From Raillietiella orientalis (Eukaryota): a stretch of 64,000 nucleotides of DNA. Shown here in pieces: positions 13,620-24,837 of this stretch. Below the pieces are notes generated by a model. That model was not told the origin of the DNA, did no database searches, and saw nothing but the letters and a program-made list of their open reading frames with translations. Made by a program: the position numbers and the translations under genes. The first letter of the stretch is position 1. The number at the start of each line of letters is the position of its first letter. The DNA lies in contig JAYWIR010000137.1 of assembly GCA_036172245.1 (NCBI GenBank), positions 1 through 64,000 of the forward strand. The letters are read 5' to 3'.

Positions 13620-15137
13620 CTCCACCCCTTGTGGTTCTTGGGGAAACTTAGTGATCGCGAGAGGCGCGGCCTCTTCCAGATCGGAGGGTTCGCGCGATGC
13701 CTTTGCGTCCCTTGGGTGCACTGCTGTAGCGGTTGTGCTCGCCCTAGCAGTTTCTTCCTTGGCCACAGTAGGCGCTGCTTCCGCGCGCGAGGACTGCGGG
13801 TTTGCCGGCTGTTTCTTCGCGGCACTCGGAGCCTGGGGCACCTTGGCAGCGGTAGCTTCATACGGCGCGGTGTTCTTTGCCGGCGGGCGCGTTTTTCCCG
13901 TATCGGGCGAACGACCGCATTCCGCGCCGCTCGTGGAGGCCTTGGTACGAGGCTTCGCGGTCGTGATTGCGTCAGTAGGAGGCTTTTTGACCTTCGGCAC
14001 GATGCCTCCTGCATTCAACAATTGGCTGCGAGGTCGCGTAGAAAGGTCGCATTCTTCGCGAGCTTCCTTCGGGTCGATAGCCGGAGGCTTTGCCGCGACG
14101 AGTTTTTTTGTGTTTTTTACCCCTTCTTGGTGGGGGCGAGAAACAGTTTTCTGCACGTGCGTGGTCGCGGTTTTGGCAACGCTTTTCGAAGCTTTGATGT
14201 TTCTTTCTCTCGATTCGCTTCCATTAATTCGCGATGCGAAACGCGATTCGTTCCTGCGCTTTTTGTTTTGTAAAAGGAGCTCCGGGCACGTTACTTTAGT
14301 GTGCCCGTGCTCGTGGCAGTAACGACAAGCGGCCCAGGGACACTTCGTAATGCGGTGACCCTCCTGCCCACATTCCGCGCATACACGCGTTTGCCCGGCA
14401 AACCACAGGCGGACCGCCATTCCATCCACCTGCTGTCGCGTGGGCATTGCACGACGATCCGTCATCGTCACTCGCACTTGCGCGAGCCCGCTGTGGTGGT
14501 TTTCGAACCCTTCATCAGGGTTTGGCAGCCTCCAACGCGCGAGGACGGTAGCGAATTTTTCAAGGGCCTCCACGACCTGGCGGTCCGAAAGGCCCTTACA
14601 CACTCCACTGAGCCAGACAACGAACGACTGGTCCGTTGTGACAGGGAGTATTTTCTTCCCACGAATGAGTAGCGGCGTGTGCAGCAAACGCTGCGTAAGG
14701 TGAGCGTCCTTACTGGAGAACTCCCAGTAGCCGCACCCACTCATGGGCATGATGGACTCCAGTTCGCCTTTTGGAACTCCAATCCGTTGTAGTTGCTGGC
14801 CAAACTCGCGCCCAACCCGCTCAGGCATAAGCACACTTAGCTTATACATGAGTGCAGGCGTGTAGCCATTTGCTACATACGCCTGAAGCTCAGGGTTGTC
14901 GGGCGAAGGTCCCATCGTAGCCGCAAGGGCAGCGACCTGGGCGAATGTCCTCGCCGTCCGCGAGGACAGAGGCTCCTTGCTAGCAGCCGTAGCAACCATC
15001 TCAGGAGCAGGTGGCGTTCCCTTCTTGCGGCTGATGTTCTTCTTTGCTCCCATTGCAGCACAGAAGCACAGCAGAACAAAAACACACAAGAACCAATCTA
15101 CCGCGGAGCGACGCAAAAGCACGTCCGTATGCGACCG
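13620..15137 (-). mobile_element. Element B, 5' part: 5' UTR and ORF1 (ATG 15053)
   Basis: GGACGTGCTTTT at 15126-15115; knuckles CAECGQEGHRITKC and CRYCHEHGHTKVTC. Confidence 0.9.
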
Positions 15138-17290
15138 TCGATGATGCGTGAGACGGGAGAAGACCCGCTTCTTACCACTCAGCAAAGGTGCGGCTCGGGA
15201 GCCTTAGCAGTCGCCGTGGATCTCTGCAAAGCGTTCGACAGCGTGAACCAGAAACTCCTTCTGAAGCGTCTGGGACACCTAGGCCTCCCAACGCACCTCA
15301 TCGCCTACTTGCGCTCCTGCTTGCGCCACGCGTTATGCTGTATCTCTTTAAGCGGGCGCCACGTCTACGGCATTCCCATACGGCAGGGTATCAGGCAGGG
15401 AGACAGCTTAAGCCCCCTGCTCTTCAGCATCTTCTTTGAGTTGGTGCTGAGGGCGTACAGGCTGACCCTGGCCAACCTGCCGAGCTCCTGCCCGGGAACA
15501 CCGGGCGTGGCCGCCTATGCTGACGACTTTCTCCTGCTGCGGCCCATGTCCACCCTGGCGTCCACACTCGAGGACTTCGTCGAGCTTTTTCGTCATGGAG
15601 CAGGCCTGAGCGTCAACAGTACGAAATCAACCGTTGTACCGGTTGGCTCTACGTGGGAGGTGCAGTCCGACTGGATCCGCCAGGGGATCTCCACGGGCGG
15701 GTGCTTGAAGTACCTCGGCGTTCCCATGGGCGCCTTCTGTCCAGCCGAAGCGTGGTCGTTCTGCCTTCACAAGGCCGAGAGTGCTCTAGGTCCGTTCCCT
15801 GGCGGCAGGTTCATCCTGTCGGAACGGGCCTTGGTGTGGAACATTTTCGTTGCCCCCTTCCTCCGTCCCCTCTTTTTTGTTTGTCCCCCTCCCTACTCGG
15901 CTAAGCGCCGGACGCAACGCCTCTTTCGGAACGCCCGGTGGGAACCGGCTAGTTCCAGGATACGCCTGAAGGATTTGGCGGTTCTTAGGCGGGATGCAGG
16001 ATTGGGCACCCTGACGCTGGAGCGGATTGGACTGCTAGTGCTGCTCCGCATGCTGGTACTTCGAGCGCAGCTCTGGACTTCTCCCTGGTGTGCTCCAGCG
16101 CGGCTGCTCCTACGGCGCTGCACGGGTGGCGACGGACTACTTTCGTTGCATCTGCGCACGGAGCGCGCCCAGAGAGGATTCGGCTTCCCTTTGAAGCGGC
16201 TCGCAACGCTTCTGGAGAAGCATGAGTGGATCTCCTGCTGACCGACGAACTTCAACACCTGGAGGCAGGAAGCCTTATCGTCCTGGGCAGCGCAACAGGA
16301 TGTGTCCCGTTTGGAACTCCGTTGCGTGAATTTTTCCCCATACTGTCCAGTGGGGGAGGTGCTGGGAGTCCAGGACCGGTGGACACTAGCCGCTACGCCA
16401 CGTTCCGAAGCACTGTGTGCACTTATGGTGCGAGTTGACAGTGATCTGCCGGCGAGGTGGGAGATCACTTGCTAAATCGCAGGCGAAACCCGACTGCTGG
16501 GCAGCTGGCGGACTTGCGAAGTGGCAGACGCTGCCACACCTCGCCTTCGTGCCAAGGAACTTCTCCGGTGGAGTGAGCTCCTCGGGGTGCCCACCGATGA
16601 ACTTGTGGTCCCTTCTGCGTGTTTGGACGCGACTCTGATCCCTTTTCGGTGAAAACAGGACGCTTTTCTGCTGGTGCATTGGGGTTTGTACAGCAATCAG
16701 CGGGCGCACCTGATTTCCGGGGGAGTTGCGTCCCCAAACTGTGCCCAATGCAGAGCGGTGGAATCGCTTCCGCATTTGCTGTTTGAGTGCGGTGCCCTCC
16801 AAAATCTGTGGCAGCGGCTGTCTTCAGTGCTCCTTCACCCCGGACTCACCGCACTCCATTGGATGCGCCGCTCCTACACGCGTGGCGGTCTTACTCTTGG
16901 AGCGGACGTCGCAATCATTTGCTGCGTCCGTGCCATTGTTGGGGCCCGACACGTATTGCAGATGCAAGCAGTCCCAACATCGGTCGCCGACACCGCAGCC
17001 GGCAACCTGCAAATGGCTGCCGGGTGGCCACATCTTGGAGCAGAAGTGAGGACGGAGATTAGCGGCATTCACCGCCGGTTCTGAGAATAGGAACGGTTAG
17101 ACTGTATACCCCTGTCCCCGCCCTCCCAACCAATTTATTTATTTATTGCCCCACGCCCTTCCGTTCCTAAATCTCAGTGTACCCGGCCTGCGTTCCGGGA
17201 AATCTTCTGCCCATTTTCTGTTCCCCTTGCCTGGAAACACAGTTACCAGTTGATATTAAGAATAAACGTTTCGGCGCAACCAAGTAATAA
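15138..17290 (+). mobile_element. Element C: 3' half of a LINE with an internal RT deletion (same family as J)
   Basis: DLCKAFD, GIRQGDSLSP, YADD, KYLG, CAQC..HL..C; terminal motif 17261-17290. Confidence 0.9.
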
Positions 17291-18490
17291 ACAACGACGC
17301 TGCACTCTTTAGTTATCGCGCTACCCTGCTCTGTCTTTTTATGTTGGTAGGCGATTTTTTTTTCCATCCTCCTCTCCTTCTTTGAATTTTTGGCCGTTGC
17401 CACTTGCCATCCAGTCTGCTGGGCGGCTCCCTCAACCTTTTCAACGTTACTCGCCGGTATCTCGGGTGCCGCCTGCGTCTTGGGCGCGGGAGGCACAGCC
17501 TTCGCGGCAGCTTTCGCCGCCAGCCTTTTCTGCAGAAGCCGGGCGCGTTTTTCAAGGTTTCTCTTGGAAACAATTCGCACTGTTGCATTTGGTCACACCT
17601 TCCTCGTTTGACCCTTTGTGCCGCATACTTGGCACTGCACGTTGGGACACCTCTTTTTAAGGTGGCCCGACGTATTGCAGAAGCCACAGTATTTCGGCTT
17701 CCCCACATACCAGAGGTCGACGGTTTCGCCTTCGACCAACAGTTTGTGGGGAAGAGTGCAGCCCTCCCGAACGGTCACGCGCGCATGCGTGAGACCATGT
17801 TGCAGCCCCGTGTAGTTTTCGAAAAGACTTACTTTCGTCCACTGCGCGTGGACCGTTCCGAACTGTTCCAAAGCGGCGCGAACCTGTTCTTTGCGCATTA
17901 GCGCGGTTTCGCCTAACAGGTGGACCACCATGCTGCGGTCCGCAGTAGTGGGGAGGAGCCTGCGCGTCCCCATCACAACGGGGGTTTTAAGCAGTCGTTG
18001 GGCCAGCTCTGCATGTTTGCAGATGACCTCAAGGTACTGACCCTTGCTGCGGATGGTCATAGCGCTGAGCTCCTCCTCTTTGACATCGAGAGCGCTCATG
18101 CTCTTCGAAAAGGCGCGCACGCTCTCTAAAGAATGAAGGCTGCTCACCTTGTAGAACAATGAGGGGATATATCCCTCCTCTACATAGGCCGACAATTTCG
18201 CCGCGGCTGTAGACGATGGCGCCGACACAACGGCGCTTCACGCCCGCGCTGCAGCGATGACCGATTCTCTCGGGACGGATGCCCCCACCTCCATCGCCTC
18301 TGGGGGTGACGTTGCCGTCGGCCCCTGGCTGTCCTTCGCATCTGAAGGCGGCGATGCCCCTGCCCCCTGCCCATCCCTGGTGGTCGCGTCAGGCATGGCT
18401 GCCTGATCGACCACCGAACCACTCGACGCTAGCACTGGAAGAGACTTGCTTGCACAAGTAGCACCGAGAAAACACGTCCGCCCTAGAGCG
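17289..18490 (-). mobile_element. Element D: 5' UTR and ORF1 N-half, A family
   Basis: ORF1 closely matches A ORF1; GGACGTGTTTT at 18479-18469; ends at TKECSVVV at the 3' end of C. Confidence 0.9.
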
Positions 18491-20579
18491 CACAAGGCCT
18501 TCCATTGCGTAAATCAGGATCTGCTGCTGGAGCTCCTGGAACGTCTCGGTCTCCCAATGCACCTCGTGGAGTATTTGCGCGCTTGCTTGCGCCACGCGCT
18601 CATTTCCATCTCTTTTAGCGGCTGCCACGTGTACCGCGTGCCGGTGCGGCGTGGCATCAGGCAGGGCGACAGCTTATGCCGTTGCTCTCCAGCATCTTCT
18701 TTGAATTGGTGTTGAGGGCGTACATGCTGACGCTGGCCAACCTGCCGAGCTCTTGTCAAGGAACGCCGTCCGTGGCGGCCTATGCTGACGACCTGCTTCT
18801 CCTCTTACCCATGACCACCCCGAAGTCCAGTCTCGAGGATTTCTTCAAGCTGATTCGCCGTGGAGCGGCCATGAGCGTAAACCGGAGCAAGAGCGTGGTC
18901 GTACCAATTGGTGCGGCGTGGGAGGGGCAGTCAGGCAGGATCCTTCTGGGGATCCCGACCGCTTCCTCCATGCAATATCTGCGCGTTTCGCTGAGGAACA
19001 TCAGCCCAGTGGAAGTGTGGTCGGACTGCCTTAGGAAGTCTTCGAATTCCCTGAGCCCGTTCCACAACATCAGGTTCGTCCCGCCAGAGCGGGCCACGAT
19101 ATGGAACACCTTCTTTGCCCCCCTCTTGCTCTTATTGCTTTTTGTTTGCCCGCCCCCCTACTCGGCCAAGCTCCAGGCGCACAGCCTGTTGAGGAACGCT
19201 CTGTGGGGACCGGCGAGCTCCAGGATACGCCTCAATGACTTGGAGGCTCCGCGACGGGATGCTTGCTTAGGTTTCCTGACGCTGGAGAGAATCGAGCTGC
19301 AGGTGCAGCTTCGAATGTTGGCCCTGTGCGCCAACCTTTGAATCATTCCATGGTGCGCTCTTGCATGCCTGCTTCTGCGGCGCTGCACAGGCAGCGATGG
19401 ACTTCTGTCGCTGCGGCCGCACACGGACCGCGCCACGAGAAGCTTCGGTTTCACCTTGAAACCGCTGTACCGGCTCCGGGATGCCCAGGAATGGATCTCC
19501 TGCCGCCCATCGAACTTTCAAGCCTGGCGGCAGGAACCGCTGCATAGCTGTGTAAAGCACCAGGATGTTTCCCTCCTGGAACTTCGTTGCGCTCACCTGT
19601 CCCCGTATTGCACGGTGGACGACGTTTGCAACAGCCAGGAGAAGTGGATTCGCTTGGCCGTCACGCCGCTCGCCTACGCACTGTCAGCCCTCAGAGCAAG
19701 AGATGACAGCTGCGATCCGGCGAGATGGGAGGACGCCTGCACCATCGCAGGAACAACCCGACCTATTGGCGGCTGGTGGAATTGCGAGCTGGCAGATGCC
19801 GCCACGCCTCGCCACATACCGAAATGACTCCTTCGGTGGAGCGAACACTTGAGTGTGTCCCCCGAAGAACTTGTGGTCTCTCCTTCCTGTTTGAACACTT
19901 CTGTGTTCCCCCTTCCGTGGGAGCAGGACGTCATCATGCTGGTGCATTGGGGTTTTCACTCCAACCAGCAAACGAACCGTGTTTGCGGGGGAGTTGTCTC
20001 TTCAAACTGTAAGCGGTGCGGGGAAGTAAATACGCTCCCGCATCTGCTTCTGGAATGCGGTTCCCTTCTAGGACTGTGGCGGAGGCTGGCCTAAGCTCTC
20101 CTGCACCAGTTGGACACCGGGAGGGATTTGATGCGCCGCTTCTTCACGCCAGGCGGCCTGTATTTGGGTGCTGTCGTTGCAACCGTGTGTTGCACCCGCG
20201 CCATCGACAATGCCCACCGAGGGTTGGAGAAGCTGGCCATCCTTCGTCAGCCCACCGGATTAGCCTGCACAAACATGTCTTCGGCTACTGAGTGGACCCA
20301 TCTGCCACAGGGCGTAAGGAGAGAGATCGCCGGCATCCATCGCCGGTTTTGAAAGGAAGGAACGGACTCACCAAAGACCCCTGTCTTCTGCCCTCCATAT
20401 TTTTCTTCTATTTCTTCATAGTAGTGTATTTGTGGTCCCTTCCGTCCCGTTTCGGACTTTCGGCATACCGAGCTGCGTGTCGGGGATGTCACCACATTCG
20501 TCTCTTTTTTTCCTTTTTGTCCAGGAACCCTGTTCCCGGATAGATTACAATAAACGCTTCGGCGCTCCCGGGTTATAAA
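18491..20579 (+). mobile_element. Element E: RT from HKAF(D/H)C onward to the 3' end
   Basis: GIRQGDSL, YADD, CKRC..HL..C; terminal motif 20549-20579. Confidence 0.9.
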
Positions 20580-22370
20580 CAGCCGACCCTTCGCGATCGT
20601 GTTCATCTCCTGGACGTATGCCGCGGTGAAAACGTGGATCTCCTGCAACAGGGCCAGGTCGAACTCACGCAGGGTGTCGGCCGTTTCTCGTCTGTTGCCG
20701 TCGTCGCGCAGCCCGTTGACATTCCAACAGGCCACGCGTATCCGACGGCGACAGGCGAGCCCAGGTGTTAATCCTGGGAAAGTGGTTGTGCGGTGTACGC
20801 CACCTGTTGGGGCGGGACTCTTGAAGGTGGACGGGTCGGTGCGTCGAGCACCTGTTGCTCCTCCTCCATTGGTGTCGGCGCGTCAGTCGGATCGCTCGAG
20901 GTGTGGTCGCGCCTACCTGATTGCCCTCCTCCATAGGGGCGGGCTTTTTGGGTTCGGCGCATGCAGGTTTGGCTTCGTTACCCTGTTCACCTTCCTCCAT
21001 AGGCGTCGTCTGTGTCCCGGCTTCCGAGCGTGGGAGTTTCCCCTCCGGGTTTCCCACGCTGCCTTCGGCTTCCGGCTTCTTTCCCTCGTTCAAAACGGGA
21101 GGGCACTTCTTGGGCTTTTGGGACTTACGTCCTACCTTTCGAGGAGGTGCCTTCGTGGAGGATGATGAGTTTCCGGCTTCCCGGTCGGACTCATCTGCCG
21201 GAGGCATTCTCTTCGGAGTCGACCTGCGGACGCCCTTACGCGACGGGGTTTCGCGCTCGGCGAGCGTGACCGCGAGCTCCTCCGCGGCCTTCTCGAAGGC
21301 CGCGTCTTCGCTGCCGACGAACGTCGCCGCAGGCTTCTCCGCAGGCTTCTCGAAGGACGCGTCATCGCTGCCTGCCAACGTTGCCACTGGCTCCTCCGGG
21401 ACCTCATCGAAGGCCGCGTCATCGCTTTCGGCAAACGTTGCCGCGACCTCCTCCGCGACTTTATCGGACTCCTCCCTTTTGGAGCACGAGTCTCGCGTCT
21501 CACCCTGTAAACTTAGAGTGAGATCGTCCACGCTAGTTTCGATCGCGACCCCATCAGCTGTTTTCTGAACATTGCCGCGGGCCACCTCCGCAGGAACGGC
21601 TAAGCGTACCAATGCCACCGAGCACTCGCGGAGTTTTTTTGAAAACGGTGCGGCTTTTTTTTTTTGCCGGCAGTTTTCTTCTTCGACTTTTGCTCTCCCA
21701 GAATCTTCTTTTTTTCTCTTTTGACCTTAACCAGTTGCTATCCCTCCTCCACTTCCGCGTCTTCCGCGGTTTTATCCTCCGACGCCTGGGTGGGAGGAGA
21801 AGGAGATGGCGGCTGGGGCTGGCCAATGTCACGCGCTGGTATTTCCACCAGCTTTCCGCGCTTTCCCTGTACCTTTTTGGCAGCAGGTAGCACAGGGGTG
21901 GGACGCTTAGGGCATAAGCGTTTCACTTTCCCCTTCTCTCCGCATAAGTGGCACACCATGTTCGGGCACCTTTTTCTAAGATGCCCTACTGCATTGTAGT
22001 ACCCACAAAATTGGCGTTTCCACACGAACCAGAGGTATATGATTCTTGGCAGACCCCCAGTTTGTAAGGAAGCGCACCACCCTCTTTCACCGTGACACGC
22101 GCCGCGGTCTGGCCTCCGATAATGCTATTGAAGCCATCAAAAATCGTAGGCTTCGGCCACAACGCGTGCACCTCCCCGTGCTTTCGCAGCAGATCACCAA
22201 GTGCTAATCGCGTCATGCGTCTGGTGATTCTGGTAAGATGGACCACCACAGAGCGGTCCATCATCACCGGCAAGATCTTCCGACCATCAACGATCAGCGG
22301 GTCGGTGATCAGGCGTTGGGTCAAGGTGACATCTTTGCATACCTCCTCGACTTGCTGACCCCCGCTAAGA
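20578..22370 (-). mobile_element. Element F: 5'-truncated ORF1 and APE N-terminus (L/N-type)
   Basis: CHLCGEKG knuckle, TAACACCTGGG ORF1/ORF2 junction, WNVNG, LQEIH; ends at IAKGRL. Confidence 0.88.
21270..21470 (-). repeat. 57-bp (19-aa) coding tandem repeat, ~3.5 copies, in F ORF1
   Basis: DDAAFDEVPEEPVATLAGS / DDASFEKPAEKPAATFVGS / EDAAFEKAAEELAVTLAE. Confidence 0.85.
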
Positions 22371-23599
22371 CAGGGGAGAAGAAGGTGGGACTGTCATCCT
22401 TCCTTGCGCTCCGTAGTCGCCGCCAAGTCGGTCACTGCTGGTTGCAGCTGCGGAGAGTGGCTGACCTGATGAGGAAGAACGCAGGATGGCTCTGCTGTCG
22501 CCCCGTTAACGGACCTGAATGGCTGCAGGAAAAGGTTGCGACGAGAGCGAGGAGCAACCAGCAATGCACCCAAGGATGGCAGAGACAATTCTTCGTCCGT
22601 AATGACCGACTGACGCTCCGGGAGGTCCTCAAGAACCCCCAAAAACGACCGTAGGCAAGAAAAACTCCCCTCGCTGCAATGCTGTTTTCGCTCGCGGAAC
22701 ATTTAAACAGCAATACTGCTGCGAAATGGGATGTTTATGTCAAAATCTCCGGTACGGAGAAAAAGATCGGGGAATGGAAAACGGAAATTCTCTGCGATAC
22801 TGAAGCCCGGATTACCACCCCTATTGGACTTTTGCGCTAAGGCGAGCTGCTAAATGTTCCGTGGGAACAATTAAAGTGGCCATCGGTGCTTCTGAACACC
22901 TCCACTTTCTTCTTAAAATGGCAGGAGACGGAGCAATTGTTGCTGCATTGGGGACTCCCATGCAACGCACGCCTACACCATTAAACCTGGGATGCGGTGA
23001 ACCCGAACTGTTTGAGGTGTGGAGAACGAGAGTCCCTCACTCACCTCCTTTTGTATTGTGTGGCTCTTTGGCCCCTTTGGAAGCGTTTTGCCGCGGCAAT
23101 CGGTATCTCCTGTGGCAACCCCAGAGACGCAGTTAGATCCCTCTTCGTTTGCGACACCCTTCGGCCCTCGGCCTCGTTAGCAGCTCTGTGCTGCTTTCGC
23201 GGGATCGTCGCTGCATGGAGCAAAGCAAAGGAAGGACCTCGCAATAAGGTTGCCGTCCAGTGCGAAGCCGAATTTATGCGGGCGGCGCCAGGATGGACCC
23301 ATCTGGAATCATTAATACAAGAACAGCTTGCCGGCATCCTGCAAAGGATGTAACGGCCTAACAGAAAACTGTGATCGCTAGCCGTGCCCCCCAGATCTTG
23401 ATTTTATATATTTCTTCTTTTTGTTCTATTTTTTGTTTTGTTCTTGCCCCTTTGCTGTCGTGGTGGAGCGTACAGAAATACGAACCGGTGACCAGGAAGG
23501 CTTAATTTTGTATACTACTGCGTGGCCGGACCACCAGGTCAGCCACCAACGTTTGTTTTATTCGAAAGTATAGACGCTCCGGCGAAACCGAGTGAAAAA
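22368..23599 (+). mobile_element. Element G: ORF2 C-terminal part and 3' end (A-related)
   Basis: GLSSFLALR, CLRCGERESLTHL..C; decayed terminal motif 23569-23599. Confidence 0.85.
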
Positions 23600-24361
23600 C
23601 GAGCTCTCGAACGGCCAATGTCTGCAGATACTGGCGGAGGTGCTCAGCAGCCACCGAATTTCTCAACCAGTCGGCCGCTTCCTTCCAGACGGGCGTCGGA
23701 TGGACCTTGCCAGGCGGGAGTAGCTCAAAATCCAGCCTGTAGTGGTCGGAAAGCTCAGAGGGCACGGGACCTTTTCGACCCACCTCACAATGCAGGTGAG
23801 CGTCAAAGAACACATGGTCCGGCAAAGCACGCATCCCGGGATCGTCGTCCAGCAAATTCCAGGCGTGTGCGGACGCACACACCTCGTTCACCAGCCGTTT
23901 CTCCCGGAGGCGGTGAGACTCCTCCGATAGCGCGTGGACGTTGAAGTCCCCGGCTACGAGGTGAGCCACGTCGGGGCCGGAGTTGCTAAGCCAGCGGTCG
24001 CGCAGTCTCTCGAAAAACTCCAGCTACTCGGCGCGACGTGCGGAGCCGCACTGCGCGTACACGTTCGTGACGACAAGGTTGATCGATTCGGACCACTTGG
24101 AAACAAATGGCCTACACGACCTTCCTCGTCGAAACAAACAAACCGCACCACTCCCGCGACCCTGCCCCGGACAAGGAATGCGACTCCGCAGGAATTCTGG
24201 GAGCCTGACCTCCAATAGAGCGTCTTGCCTGAGCGAACTTGCAGATCGGCCGCTTGCTGCTTGGAGAGTGCGTGAATGTCATGCAGCAGGGCCATATCGA
24301 TGTCGCGCAAGACTTTGGCAACCAATCGCGTCTTCTGGTTGTCCTGCAGCCAGTTGACGTT
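23598..24361 (-). mobile_element. Element H: APE endonuclease fragment
   Basis: NVN, NVYA, GDFN, DHVF, SDH motifs. Confidence 0.85.
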
Positions 24362-24837
24362 AGGGAGGTCTGCAGCATTCCCCACAAACTGGTGGTCGAA
24401 GGCGAGACCTTCGACATCTGGTATGAGGGGAATCTGGAATACTGTGGCTTCTGCAATACGTCGGGTCACCTCAAAAAGAGGTGTCCCAATGTGCAGAGAC
24501 AACTATGCGGTACAATGGGGCACACGAGGGAGGTCTGCCCTCAAGCAGCAGTGCGGGTGGTTTCCAAGAGAATCCTTTAAAAACGCGCCCTGCTGCTGCA
24601 GAAAAACCTGGCGGCGAAAGCTACCGCAAAGGCTGTGCCACCCGCGCCCAAGGGCCAGGCCGCACCCGAGACCCCAGCAAACAACGCCGAACAAGACGAG
24701 GAAACTAGCCAGAAGCTTGAATGGCAGGTAACAACGGCCAAAAAGACGAAAAAAGAGAGAAGATTAGAGAAAAAGCTCGCGTATAGCCAGAAAAAACAGC
24801 AGGCAAGCCAGCAGATTAAAGACTGCAGCGTTATCGT
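24359..24837 (+). mobile_element. Element I, left part: ORF1 knuckle region, A family
   Basis: CGFCNTSGHLKKRC; ends at IKDCSVIV and resumes at 55262. Confidence 0.88.
24824..24837 (+). repeat. Left TSD of the J insertion, TGCAGCGTTATCGT
   Basis: Matches TGCAGCGTTGTCGT at 55262-55275 (13/14). Confidence 0.88.
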
